A stretch of DNA of 59,451 bases, the filler included, from Ionaspis alba (Eukaryota): assembly GCA_964255285.1 (NCBI GenBank). It is 3 parts of 3 records of this genome, joined end to end, with 100 filler letters (N's around TTAATTAATTAA, not from the genome) between each part and the next. Parts side by side here need not be neighbours in the genome. Positions count along the whole stretch, not along the records: positions 19,884 to 39,641 come from CAXUUL010000258.1; positions 39,742 to 59,451 come from CAXUUL010000260.1; 1 more part is not named here. The stretch is one strand, 5' to 3'. Below the pieces are notes generated by a model. The model did not search any database and was not told where the DNA came from. It worked only from the letters and a program-made list of their open reading frames with translations. The translations under genes were made by a program, and so were the position numbers. Positions 37,530 to 50,900 of the stretch are shown here, piece after piece. Within the stretch, counting starts at the first letter, position 1. Each line of letters starts with the position of its first letter.

Positions 37530-39577
37530 ATGGGGTTGATCTTCAAATCTGTTACTGTTCATGCAATTGCAGCATTGTCGTCATGTTTGGTACAATCGAT
37601 TGGGGCTCGAGAAGCATCAATCCCTGGCGTGCCTTCCTACGTCGTTCCTGCAGGGTTCCCTACTTCTGTGTTCTCCAAGTATTATGTACCAGCGTCTCCC
37701 ACCCAAGAGCCTCAGCCGGCCATATACGATGAGGTACTCAATCTTACCTTCCCACTCAACCTGACGAGCCCCAAGACAATTCCCATGGTCGACAATGATC
37801 CTGTCTACTACCCTCAAGCAGTGGCAAACGTCTCAAACGCAACAGCAGCAGCCTTTGTGAGAGGAGCCATCGGTCAGATCCTCGAGATCGTGGCTGGAAA
37901 TAGTGGCGTATCTGGCAATTGTTCAAAATGCGTGGCAGCTCTCAGCATCGGGAAAGTGGTAGCCCAAGTTGTTCCGGAGAAAGTCCCTGATGCTCTTGTC
38001 ACGCTCTGCCAGGCAACTGGGTTCGCTTCGAACTCGACATGCAAGAACAACTACGCTGCAGGAAGTTTCGGAGCCATCTGGACGCAGATTCTCGCTCTTG
38101 CGGACGTGGGCGGATTAGATGGTATCTATATCTGTAATTCGCTATCTGACACTTTCTGCCCTGCTCCTACTACGTCCTCACTCAACACGAAGAACTTGTT
38201 TCCAAAGCCCAAGCCGAAGAACGCAAAAGCACCTCGTGCCAGTGGGAAACGTGTCAAGGTCCTGCACTTGTCGGACTTCCACCTCGATCCTAGATACTCT
38301 GTATCTTCCGAAGCTAATTGCTCAGCGGGATTCTGCTGCAGGACGAATACTCGGAATACGCTCCTGAACACCGGTCAGATCTCTCTTCCAGCGCCGCTGT
38401 ATGGATCGTTCAAGTGCGATACACCTTATGATCTGGCTACTGCTGCGTTGTCTGCAATAGGTCCATTGACAGGTACTGACAAGAAGAAGCCGCTCGGCTG
38501 GTCTATCTATACGGGTGATCTGGTCTCTCATGACTCTCAGAATCAGCTCTCTCGCGCATATGTCGAGTACACGGAGAAGAGCGTTTTTCAGATGTTCAAG
38601 GATTACCTCACAGGACCTGTGTTTGCGGTTCTGGGGAACCATGATTCGAATCCAGAGGCTATTGATGGTCCACACAAACTTCCTGGTCCTCTTGGACAGC
38701 AATTTAGCTGGAGCTACAATCATGTCTCCGATTTGTGGAAGAACAACGGCTGGATTGATGCAAAGACAGCTGAGCAGGCGAAATTGCACTATGCAGCATA
38801 TTCGGTCAAGAATCATTTAGGGCTGCGGATTATTACTCTGAACACTGATTTCTGGTACCGGCGTAATCTTCTCAATTTCATCAATACTACGGACCCTGAT
38901 ACGTCCGGGACATTCGACTTCATGATCAAGGAGTTGCAGGCAGCCGAAGACGCAAAGGAAAGAGTGTGGATACTTGGCCATGTTCTATCCGGCTGGGATG
39001 GCTCCAATCCTTTGCCCAATCCCACAGACCTGTTCTACCAGATCGTAGACCGATATTCGCCGCATGTTATTGCAGGCATCTTCTTCGGCCACACCCACGA
39101 AGACCAAGTCATGATCTACTACGCCAATAACGGCACAACGCAAACTTCAGCCAACGCCCTGACACCCGGCTGGATCGGTCCGAGTGTCACCCCTCTCACA
39201 AACCTCAACAGCGGCTTCCGCATGTACGAAGTCGATACTGCCTCGTTCGACGTCTACGAAGCCTACACCTGGTATGCCGATGTCAATGCCTTTCAGACCC
39301 TAAACACCAGCAAGAGCGGTCCAACTTATCGATTCGAGTACTCGACGAGAGATGCTTATCCCATTGGATGGCCAGAGGATGCTCCGCTCAATGCAACGTA
39401 TTGGCATGCGGTGACGGTGGCGATGGAGAAGAATAGGACGTTGGTGGAGACGTTCAATACGTACCAGGGGAAGAGCTCGGTCAAGTCGCCGAATTGTACT
39501 AGTGAGGCGTGTGCGAAGGCGAAGGTTTGCTATATGAGGAGTGGGAGTACGGCTCTTGGGAGGCAATGTCCGAGAGG
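37530..39577 (+). CDS. Secreted acid sphingomyelinase-like metallophosphoesterase; last exon lost in the gap
   Basis: Hydrophobic N-terminus, saposin-like Cys pattern (CSKC...C...C...C), and LHLSDFHLD, YTGDLVSHD, LGNHD, ILGHV, FFGHTH. GTGAGT donor at 39578. Confidence 0.92.
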
Positions 39578-39641
39578 GTGAGTTCTTTCATTCATCCTTT
39601 TTGCATTGCTTTCATGTGAAGTGCTGACAGGTTGACCTCCA

Positions 39642-39741
39642 NNNNNNNNNNNNNNNNNNNNNNNNNNNNNNNNNNNNNNNNNNNNTTAATTAATTAANNN
39701 NNNNNNNNNNNNNNNNNNNNNNNNNNNNNNNNNNNNNNNNN
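39642..39741. other. Assembly spacer: 44 N + TTAATTAATTAA + 44 N
   Basis: Same design as 19784-19883; linker at 39686-39697. Confidence 0.95.
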
Positions 39742-42700
39742 CATTGCCACGATATCTTCACTCACTTCCTCTGCTAGCTCTAGCGTCATCTGAATAGGGG
39801 GTAGGACGCGGCCTTTGGCAGAACAGTCTCTGGCCATAGTTCTCCTATTTCGTTTCTCAGTTGTCCGGTTGGCTATAGCATATGCAACGTTCTTGTGATC
39901 GACAAAATCTCTGGTGCACGATTAGGTGAGTCTCTCCAAGGAGTGACAGGTTCACCCTCGCGATATCCCGCGACCGTGTGACAATTTTTTGAAGGCTTGA
40001 ATCACAATATTAGCTGTAAGCAGGTATTATTTTCGAACTTTGAAACACTACATCATATCTTCTTCCACAGCTACATCTCTTCCGATGTGTCCCCAGCGCA
40101 GCAAGACCTAGGCGAAGTCCACTCTTCCCTGATCAACAGATTTTTCGTTCAGTAAACTACAACACTGCTCTCTTGGTACGTCTTCAAGATTGCAGCCTCG
40201 GCGGGGCGCAGTCTGCTATGACTCTTATGATAGGCGATGACATTCCACTTCCACGTACTGGCCAAGTCGCTTTTGTGCGCTTTCTGTTGGTAGATGGCAA
40301 CTTCAAAGTTTCTCGCTTGATCGACAGCTGTGGTCCGTTAGATTGGTAAGCTTCTTCATGCAATATGTCTTCCGTTAGGAGGAACGGAGTATATGAGGTG
40401 GGGAGATATTCTGCGAGTAAGAGAATGGCTTGGCTCACCTCGCTTGCCTATTGCAAAGCTCGGGCTGAGAGCCATGCCCATACTCTCCGAGCTTTCGCTA
40501 AAATGGCGGAACGCACTTCAAGAAGGTCGGCCATTATAGCTTGACAGAACCCCAATCGGTCAGCGCGATCTCTTTGAAGCCCCTGGCAACGGTACATTTG
40601 CCTGACAGGATGAAGATCGTTCTTTATCTACCCACGTGCGAAGCAGCAATCCACTGGAGAAGAGATACCAACCACTCGTTCTAATGATGGGTCAAATCTT
40701 GGGATCCAATGTCGGAGGTCCAGGGTTGGAGACTTGTGAGATGGCATGCGCGCCGCCAGTCAGGTCTGGCCTGCCTAAGCCACCGGAGCAAGAATTAATC
40801 ACACTATTCACGTCGTCTTGAAGCTTATTCATTGAGCAAAATCTCAATCATCGAGGGAGTGCTGCCATTCTCGTGTGCGGCATGGAAGAGTCTTTCGATG
40901 CCGTGCGTGACAACTTGCCAATCAAGGAAGCTTAGATCGTCGATTTGTTGGGCTACGATTGCGAGCATAGCCCCCACGACGGTAGCTTCTGTATCGCCAG
41001 GTCTTCTTATGCCCGATAGATCCTGACCAGAGATTGTGGCGAAGAGAAGTGGTTCTGGACGAGCACGCGTTCAGGTTGGAGTGCCAATCTTGCCAATAAG
41101 ATGACCAGGTGACAGATGGATGTTGACTGTCTGAGTACCCAGATGAGATGAAGTCGTCGATGGTACTTTCAAGACGTCAAGTGATGAAAGTGTCTAATCT
41201 CTGTGTGCTGACGCAGTCGTGGTTGATTGTCTCACTAGGTTTGTCAGGCCCAAAGTCAACTTGGCAGGGCCGCCTAGCCATGCTAGAGGCCATTCCGACG
41301 GCGATGGCACACAGATACGGCACAGCTAGAATGCTGTCACTTACCGTAGGCTCCATAGTTGAGCCAAGTGCCAGGATGCCTGCGATCGTACGTTGTCTGT
41401 ATATATTGAGAAGATGAAAACAAGAAGTGGAAACGGGCCACTTGCACCTGCATCTGTTATAGGCAGCGGCTGAGTGAAGATTCCACGATGTTCCGGGTGT
41501 GAGAATTGTACCACGTACTTATATTATTATCCTGAGGCTCGTTCAACAATTTATCATTGCATGCCCAAAGATTTCCATACATGGCTCCGCTTACCCTAGT
41601 ATTCGAGCGATTTGGGAAAGTGGCGAGGCAGATGACCGCGTGAACAACTTGTAGGTGAAGTAGCAGCCATACAGAAGCCAAGAAAGACAACGAGGAGAGA
41701 TATCCGACTCCAGGGTGTCGGTCATGCGTGCTTTTTGTTTCAATAGAAAACTGGCAAATATGATCTAGGCTGGTTATCTGAGCTTTGAAAGAGCTGTGGA
41801 AGTATGAGCACTTATACTCAGGCACTCTTCCTCATTGATGTCGAGTCAAGCACCCCCATCCTCACGACTGAGCATCACAGAAAGCCAATTTGCCAAGGAC
41901 ATGAAATGTAGCTGTAATTGTCTCTTGCACCAAACCGGTCTATGGTCAAAGCTGAAACGTCCATCATTCTTGTAAGAAATCTTGCATAGAGTATGAAGAC
42001 CATGTGTATTACGGGGAACGGGGACCAGACGATCTGTCGATTACCCGGAGCTCTACTACCAAGAGAACGCACAAAGGAATGGGATGGGAGGAATACGAAG
42101 CTCGGACATCACATGACGCCAGTACAGGCTGACAAGTCGAGTTCGAATCCATCTCTGTTGAAGGATTGGAAAACTGATTGACCGCTTTCCTTCCTGATTT
42201 GATTCTGACGCGTGTTCCCTAGCAGAGCCTCATATCGTAACACTAAAGATAGCGCGGAGCCACGGCGCAACGGCGCTTACGGCGGCGAAGGAAACTCAGG
42301 CTGAGCGGCAAGGATCCTTGCCTCAACGTCCCGTCAACGATGCACGATAGTCCCCACTTAGAGATGCAGCCATCAAATTGATTTGACCGTTGTTGTGCTT
42401 TGCGTGCTCTAGTCTACGGGCAATGGATACGTGATGCGATTTATCAATGTCAAGATGGTGAACACGGCTCACCGAAGGATTCTCCTTCCTTCCATACAGC
42501 ATTCAGCCACGTTACCATCCCATCTCGATCCTGTCAGGACCATTCGGCATTAGAACCACCCGTACTCAATGTCATGTGGATAGCCTTGTCCTCGATCCGG
42601 ATCACGTAAGTTGGTTTCTAGGAAAGGCGGGAACTTGATCACGGCAAAGCCGAGAATTCCTCCTCTCAGATCCTTTAAATCCTCGTCATGGAGATCTTCC

Positions 42701-43659
42701 AGCGATTATAACCTTTCTATATGAGGTTGATGTGATGTATTTTGACTGAGAATTTTTATTTCCAGTTCATATGTTGAGCTTCATGTCACACAAGTCTGGT
42801 ACAAGGCTCTATAGTCTGGTTCCTGGACGAGCTTGTCTTGTGTACCTTTGGAAACAGCCTCTTGAGGTGTAATTCGATACTCACGTTCACTCTTCTGAAG
42901 TCCTGATCGCAGAATTGTTGCTTGTGTACCCCTGCCTCATGCTTAGCCTGCCGCTTCACCGAGAGCATCAGAAGTCCCCTTGTTCTCAATTTCTTTCAGT
43001 AGTAAGAGAAATGAATTGGAAACGTACTGAACTAGACTACTCTCTTGTTCTGCAAGCCTCACTAAGTTGATGACGCCGTTGATTTTGCTGCTACCTTTCG
43101 GCACCACTGAACTGCTTCGCCCCCCCACAAAGGCCGCCAGTAGGAAGGAACGAGTCTTGCGATACATCACCAACCTCAGATACGTCTTCTCGTTCTCATT
43201 ACTTCATGGATTGAGCTTATCGATCAATGCTACCGGCACAGCTACTCTTACTGTCCTTGCATCTTCGGGGTATGCCTATCGAATTACCGCTTCGACCGCC
43301 CCAATACCCCAAGACACCCTCTCTCCGAATCCTAAGCCAGCAGATAAAGGGATGTGGGGCAAGGGATCGTATTACGCGTTCCTATACTCCTGTCATGCAA
43401 GATAGCTCTAGATCATCTTAGTACTCGCAGATGCCAGCCACCGTTGATCTCCTGCATGGAGATCAGCCAAGTAGTTGAAGGGCAATGAGCCTTTAGTGCT
43501 TGCTAGTGTATGCTGTGTAGGATGGGAGGCTTTCGGGGCTATATATTGGACTTACTCCTACCATTCTCCCTGTCTTTCTCATTCCTGGATCAAATTATCA
43601 GTCCTCCTTTCTACTTGCATTGCTACACTGAGCTACCAGACTCCGTCACTTGAGCAGCC

Positions 43660-44069
43660 ATGAAAACCAGTTCGGACACTCCAAGATGTGCCTCAGGGCC
43701 TACATCCAACTCACCAAGAATAAAGTGTCGGTATTTCGATATCTGTGGCAACTTCGTAGACTCGACAGGCGCGATCTGTTTGACATGTAGGGTAAGGTGC
43801 CTGTCTTCCCTTCAAAACGTTCTATACACGGGTTCCTGTCAACGTACCCAAGTCCTCCAACGATTGTACTTACATACACATAGCATGAGGGCAGACCAGT
43901 ACCGAGCAATCGTTCTGTGAGTTCCTGCTCGGCTGGCGAAGAGTTGTGGGGTCCGTCTTGGGATACTACTCCTGCACTTGCACGTGCACCCGGTGCAGCA
44001 CGCTTTCGTTACCTGAATTGCGAAAGCTTCGGTTGGGCAATCCACGTGGGTATTCCTTGTGTATGCTAA
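43660..44069 (+). CDS. Small Cys-rich (putative zinc-binding) protein, about 105 aa, 2 exons
   Basis: TATA-like TATATA near 43540, pyrimidine-rich leader, GCCATG context. Exon 43660-43791, GTAAGG...TAG intron 43792-43883, exon 43884-44069. Spliced core KCRYFDICGNFVDSTGAICLTCR/HEGR. Confidence 0.55.
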
Positions 44070-45550
44070 AAAGTAGTCAACATACTGACTATTAAGCAGA
44101 GTACGAGTCGCGATCATTTCGACAGTTCCTATGAAAGCCAGGCTCCAGAACCGGTAACGGAACTTTGTCAGTCAGAATTTCTTGCTCCCGCAACGGACTG
44201 ATCGCAATCAGCCATCAAGGATGTAACAAGATTGGTTTTCCCTTGGAGGCTTATGCGTACGACATATTCAAGCGTGGGGTGGATATCTGAAGTGCTGCAA
44301 GCCTGGTTACTACGTGTTTGATGTTGACTTTGCTGGAATTCTCCGTCCGCTCATTAGACTTGATTTGCTTGACACAAGTCTGGATAGTTGATCACATTAG
44401 GTCTAGTATCAATGAAAACAGTTACAGCCTCTCCTCCTTAGGCCACACCACAATCTTGGCCGCTAAGTCTAGTGTCGACCCTCGATTCGCCGGCACCATA
44501 TTTATGTTGTGCACAGGCCTATCATTCATGAAGTAGGGCGATTTAGGAAGCGGCGTAGCATCTAGCATGAGCGCCGGCTAACCCGCGTACTCTAGATGCG
44601 GCAAACAAGCCGCCCGGCTGTCGATCATCCCTCACCACAGTCTGCGTCGACTCATCGAAGCAGGAAAGCCACCATTTCCACCACTTTCCGGCTCCCTTTT
44701 GCAGTTCCGCGCACGCACTGTTATTACGGTTACATTCACTGCACCCACATCACAATGCAACGCAGGCTTCATCACAGAACATGGCTCAATCACAAAAGTG
44801 CCTCCAACTTCTGCAAAGCATTGGTCAAGTCTATTATGCAAGATCGGCTGTCAGTGAAGCATTAGCGCGTTGTGTGGGACTATTTGTGGCGCCAGTTCTG
44901 CGGCGGCAACGGCCGGGAGCGCGGCTAAGAGTCCGTCTTCAGCTCCATAGGTTCAATTTTCAGCTTACCCTATGGTCGCTCACATTCTTGTGACGCGTTC
45001 AGCACCCCTATCATCACACAGTGCAAGCTAGGTTCTATGATCACAGACTAGATCTGCAGCAGGGTAACGGCGCGGCACTCCATGAGTAAAATCTACAGAA
45101 GAAATACGAGCGGCTAGTCAGTAAATCGTGGATTTTGGATCGTGGTGAGGTATTCATATCTGGAATAGGAGCAAGCCCTCTCGGGGGTGCATGTCACCCG
45201 CATGGCGGATTGATCACATGATGTCACGACACAACTTTAAGCACACCACACAGCCAAAACACGGCATCCAAGGGTTTGGCGGCGCCGTTCTTGTATTCCT
45301 GCTTTCCTGCTGTGGTCTTGTCAAGGTCCCGAATCGGTCCTTTCTTTTTACTGTCGAGATCCATCGACTGCTGATCCTAGCTGACGACATCTCCACTGCG
45401 GGCAACACCTACCCAAATTTATCACCTTCTGGTTTTGATTACCCTCGCTTTCAGCATCGATTTTGACAGTATGTTCCACTACGCTTAGGTTCACATTACG
45501 CTGCTTGATAGCCCATTCATTTACAAATCTTATCTGGTTTTTTCCTTGAC

Positions 45551-45673
45551 TTGATGAATGACTCTCTGTGACCTGAACTTATCCTGTTCCCAATTTCATT
45601 GAGGGTAGTAATGAGCGGAACCCTCAAGCCAGGTGTGACGCAGTGTCAACGGCGCTCCCTCCTCAGTCACTGA
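45551..45673 (+). ncRNA. Candidate C/D-box snoRNA-like RNA
   Basis: TTGATGA (45551-45557) and CTGA (45670-45673) with an adjacent TGACT/AGTCA stem, internal CTGA at 45573, and an 8-bp hairpin at 45599-45627. No guide target identified. Confidence 0.3.
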
Positions 45674-46914
45674 AATATAGATCCGGGGCGTGTGCTTGTT
45701 GCGATCGGCATTACCCGCTCGAGCAGCCCCTTGTGCTTCCTTAGTTTTAGTTGGGGACGCCGCCTGCCCAGCAACACCAGCTTTCAGTGCTCTATACCAG
45801 TGGATCACTGCAGTCTCAACACTCTATCACTTCTGAACACGGCCGGAGAATCGTTAGATCCGATATCCGCTGCACGGAAGTGGCCCTGAGTCTTAGCCGT
45901 GGAATGGCATGGTCTTGGAAGAACTGTATCCTCCTCAAGCACATTACGAGGGTCAAGGGTACCACAATGATTCTGGTGACAAACAGCCTCGGAACCTCGG
46001 AACAGTTCGCACTCGCTGCACAGAGCCTACGGCAGAGTTCAGGACTTGAGATCCTGGACATTACTTATCAAACCCACCTGGATTCTACCCTCTAAGAAGG
46101 TTCTTGTTTTACTAGATCACTTAGATCGAGAGTCCATCGATAGAAGGATTTGGATTAAGACACTACGCCATACAATTACAATGGTCAGGACTCAAATCTC
46201 TTTGGAGCATGCCATTTCCGCTTATAGAGCTTAGTATTAGAATTTACTCCATCCAACGATAGTCTTATCGGACCTCCTGCAATCATGGACCCATGAAGCC
46301 CTTATTGCCGCTCCTTCTTGATTGGAGTGCTCACCTAGTTCGCAGTATCCTCCGGTCAGACTAGATATGTCCCTCGCCATCAAACCGTCAACCATTATGG
46401 ACATGTCGTGCTCTATAATTCGTAGAATCCGAATGCCTAGGTGACAGTCTGCAGGCGAGCAAAGCTCGTTCTACGCCATTCGTTTACCGCCTTCAACCAT
46501 AGATTGTACCGAAGTAGAGGTTGGAGTGGAGATATTGATGGCAAGTAAGCAGGGGTTTAGGGCATCGATCCGACATGACGTGGCAGAGGGGGGGAAGATG
46601 GGGCTGTCAATAAGGATCTGCAGGACTTAGATCGTTGCAATGGTAGGCTAGAGTTGACTCAGTATCTTGGTTCTAGCAAAGTCTGTGCATCACAGTACCA
46701 AGTTTCCGAGGAGGCAGTCCCTATCTCTCACGAGGTGCGCGTTGGGCTTGGAATTGTGCTTAAAGGCGTAGTTTTGTGGTGGAACGCTCTGTATGTCATA
46801 CCGTTTGCATAGAATCTGTGGTCGACGACCTGCCACCAACCCATGCAACCCTGATGAAGCCCATCACATCCAGCAATCAAGTACCCGGAAATTGTCTCCA
46901 ATCCTGCCTGGGTC

Positions 46915-47488
46915 TCACGACTCCTTCCCTTTTGCCTTGATTTCCCTCCCTGTTTTGATTCTTTCCAGAATACTTTCCCGGTCCTTGTCCAGCTTCAACT
47001 TTGTGATGACACATTTGCTGGGGTGGATGCCAAGAGGGACCGATTGACCGTTGGACTTCTCGTGGGAGACACGCTCGATGTGGACTACGTATTTTAGACG
47101 GTAAACTGATGTGACCTTGCCTTCTCGCCCTTTATTGGAGCCCCGAACGATGGTAACTTCGTCGTCTTTGCGAATAGGGATTGAGCGAACCTGAGAACAA
47201 GATATCAGAAGAGGCTGCTGGAAGGGGAGAGAAGCGCGAGGCATAGTCGTAGCTTGATGAAACCTGATGCATTCGGGACCTTAGAACATACGTTGTATTT
47301 CTCTCGTAGCTCTTTGTTGAGGGGCGCGCTCATGATGACTCTTCGGACGCTTGAAGGTGCGCTGAAGTGCGCCTTGCGCGACTTCCTCCGCGACGAGTGG
47401 AGAGCTGCAAATACCATATCAGCATAGGGTTGACTAGAACTTGTAGGATATTCGTATGAAGATCCTTACAGGAGTTGATCTTCGTCAT
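46915..47488 (-). CDS. RPL26: 60S ribosomal protein L26 (uL24)
   Basis: Exons 47488-47470, 47404-47292 and 47190-46915: [35 protein letters not shown]...[28 protein letters not shown]. Confidence 0.98.
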
Positions 47489-47955
47489 CGTTGCGTCTGG
47501 AGGCTATTTTTTGTCGACTGGAGATTGGAGGTAGTAATGGTAAATTTCATCCTTAGCGATTGTGCGATGATGGTAAGTTCCGGCACTAGCCAGCAGGCTT
47601 GAGTGATTGGCTCATATTTCTAACGTCCCTACTTATTTGAACAGAATCTACAGAACACACGAATCCAGGCATAATAGTCCTGTTGATTGCACATGGTCAG
47701 ATTACTTCACTATACTGAGCTTGCCGGTCGTCTCATCCCCACGTCAAATGCTGAAGCAATCTAACGCCACCAAAAACAGTATCACGCTACCATGAAGAGG
47801 TAGTGATAAGTAAGAGTTGCGGGTTGCAATGAGTGTCTTACAAAACAAGAACCTGTCTGCGAGATCTTTGGACAGCGAGGTATAGCTTGGATTTGTTCGC
47901 GAGCTCATCTGGAAAGCTGCGGGCAGATAGAGTGATTGAAGCATTGTCAGGAAAG

Positions 47956-50900
47956 ATGTCGTATTATGGCTATAATTACGCTCCCTACTTTCAACAACAG
48001 AACCAGCAATCCGCAGGCAATGACCATCAGGGGCAAGACTCACAAAGGGTCAGGAACTCACCCCATCATCAGTCCGAGGCCAGTGCGACAGCACAGCGGA
48101 CGCACACTACGACCAACTCATACTCTCCCCATCCTGCCTCACAAAGCTACCATCCCACACATTCCTACCAACAATATGGGACATCCAACGGTACACGCAG
48201 TTATAGTGGTCAGGCCGTGCATGGGTATAGTGGAGGAAGCACACCATATTACAACTCGTCGAATTCGCCAAATATGGACACGTCGGGACTGAGAAATCTG
48301 GCGCATGCCTCTGCATTCGGGAGGAATAGTCCATCTGTGGGCCACACCACACGCTCTCAATATCAGTCAGAAACCAGTTTAAAGACCGAATCACCCTCGT
48401 ATACACCAAATAGCACTATGTTAAATAACTATCAACCGCCTCCGACAGACAATCGTGGATCGAACACTACAGCTTCGTCCACGACCAAAGAACATCCACA
48501 ATTACCATATGCTTCGTCAATAGCTGCAAATGCTTTGGCTCAGAGTCGATACTACGACCGATTGCCTTCACATCAATACTCCGAAACAGTTGAACCTCAA
48601 CCGCGCGGAGCGGCCCACCATGCAAATCAAGCTTCAGAATACATGGCCTCAAAGCCAAGCGACCATCACGGGAACAATCTCTCGAAATATCAAGGAACTT
48701 CTGATAGGAACGACAATCAAATTACTCAGCAATCACCAGGATATCAACCAAATCGGATGCAAGAGCAAAGGCATGCTCGTCCTCTGACTACCATTCAGCA
48801 GTATCCAGATGAGGATCAGAACGTCCCCAGAACATTTCCTAATACGACCAAGGGAAATATTCTGGACACCAATCATTCGCCACGCTCAACATCCCTGTCT
48901 CGGCTCCAGGAGCACCCAAGCCCGAAAACGTCTATTCATGATTTTCACATCACTTCGACTCAGATAGGCATTAACCGAGATAGTGCACGGTCTGCAAACT
49001 CGGACAGGGTATATCCTCCATCTCCAGTCCAGCTGTCTCAGCCTTCGACTGTTGATCCGAGCCAAGTATTCAATCAGTATGAATACCAGAGACGGAAGGC
49101 AGCAGCCGAAGCGGAAGCTGCAGCCGCTAGAAAGGCAACCAGAGATGCAGTTCAGCGGGAGCATAATGCGGTACTCGCGGCTTCAAAGGGGATAAAGGAG
49201 AGTGACTCCCCGTTGAGCACGGTAAGACCAAACACGTTGCACGACAGTGGAACTAAAGAGGCTGTTCGAAGCTCTTCGGTGTCAATTGAAAAACATCGAT
49301 CCATCGAGTCTGGCTCGAAGGGGCAGATTGAGGCAGAAATCAAAGCCATGATCGAGAAGATGCGAGAATACAAAGCCAAGGATCCTGCGGTATTCTCAGA
49401 GGTATGGGAACAGTTCAAAAAGGTTAGTTGCTATCAACCCATTGGTGCCATTCCCCTGACCGATGCTTTGGCTGGCACTGTAACTAGTTGTTCTATTAAA
49501 GATAATTCTTCCTCCTAAGATCCGATCAAGACTTTTATGAATCTTTGTTCCAGTCTGATGCTATTCATACTGTTGTTCAAATGACTAAAGATATTCTGAT
49601 TCAGGTCCAGCCAGCTGCTCGCTCCTCCTCTCAAGCACCCCAAGCAAGCAAAGAATTGCAATTAAGTGCCTCAGCAAATTCCATTGAGACTGCTTCACCA
49701 GATTTCAGAGAGAACAGCCAAGATTTAAGCCCAGATCTTGTTCTAGCGGAACCAGATATACCATTTGACAATGCAAAAGAAGAACTCCCAGATCTGGGAA
49801 AGTTCCCGTTCTTCCGCCGGAGAAGAGGCAAGGTTGTCACAGGAAGGTCAATAGTAAGACATCCCCCAAGCCAACCGCCAACCACCTCTGCTACAATTTC
49901 AACACCAACTCCGGCGACTTTCCACCCAGCAAGTGCATCACGATCAGCGCCATCAGGAGTTGAATCTTCACAAATCGCATCGAGTACAGCGCAACTTGGA
50001 AATGGTCTTATGCTTCAGCCGACACACTCGGTGCGAGACAGCTCTCAGCACATGAATATGGCTATACCGTCAGAGTCAGCCGACGAAGCTATGCAGCGGG
50101 CTATGCAAGCTTTCCATTCAAACCCGAATTCTACCAGCATCTCACGTGATACTTCACATCCAGTCGAACCTGCACCCGTGGCCCCATTACTGTTTCCAGA
50201 AAGTATACCTCAATCTCGGGGAGTTCATTATTCTTCTCCATACGTTCGGGATACATCAGCTGCGCCCGTTTCGAGTACGATTTGGCCGGAGGACAAAAAA
50301 AGCAGCCTTGCTCTCGTCGCCAAAACTGCCTTAGAGGCTGACGTAGAAAACGTCGGAAAATCGATCACGACTGACGAGATTCGTGGGATTCTTGATCGTA
50401 ATCCTAGCTATGATCAGCTCTGTCATATACTGGAAGGCAGCGGTTTCAAGTTCGAAAGACGTGCTTTGGCCCGCCTCTTGCTTGCGGCTGTGCCAACAGA
50501 GCCAAACCAGATCACACCAAACAATCGGACGACGGAGAGCCTTTCCAAGGTTTCAGTGGCGAGATCAATAGCAGACCCAATTACGTCAACCAACCCCCAG
50601 GGGAAATCTCCTGGCCGACCACGCGGCCGACCCCGGAAAGATGGGCTTCCACCTATACAACGACACAGTGATCAGGCCCGTCCAGCTCAAAGTCCGGAGA
50701 TGAAGCTCGGAATTCCTTTGACGGCATCTTTTACAGTAGAAAATAAAAAGTTACATGCCGGTCAACATTCTCCAATTTCGAAAAGCGTCTCAACTGAAAG
50801 CACTCGTCCTAATGGCACAGAGAGACCATCGGCAAATATCAGCCGTCCTCCCCAAAGCCACAGAAGTAGTGGAGCTTATTTTGGAAAATTGGTTCCAGGT

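Noticed and set aside
41457..41825. Possible cytochrome P450 N-terminal relic (hydrophobic stretch, GNLW...EP)
   Set aside because: I found no ExxR, PERF or heme-Cys motif; resemblance too weak.
45540..45950. TPP riboswitch, RNase P/MRP, SRP, U3 or spliceosomal snRNA
   Set aside because: Diagnostic conserved boxes not found by eye on either strand.
46552..46562. GGGTTTAGGG as a plant-type telomerase template
   Set aside because: Single short match; filamentous ascomycetes typically use TTAGGG.
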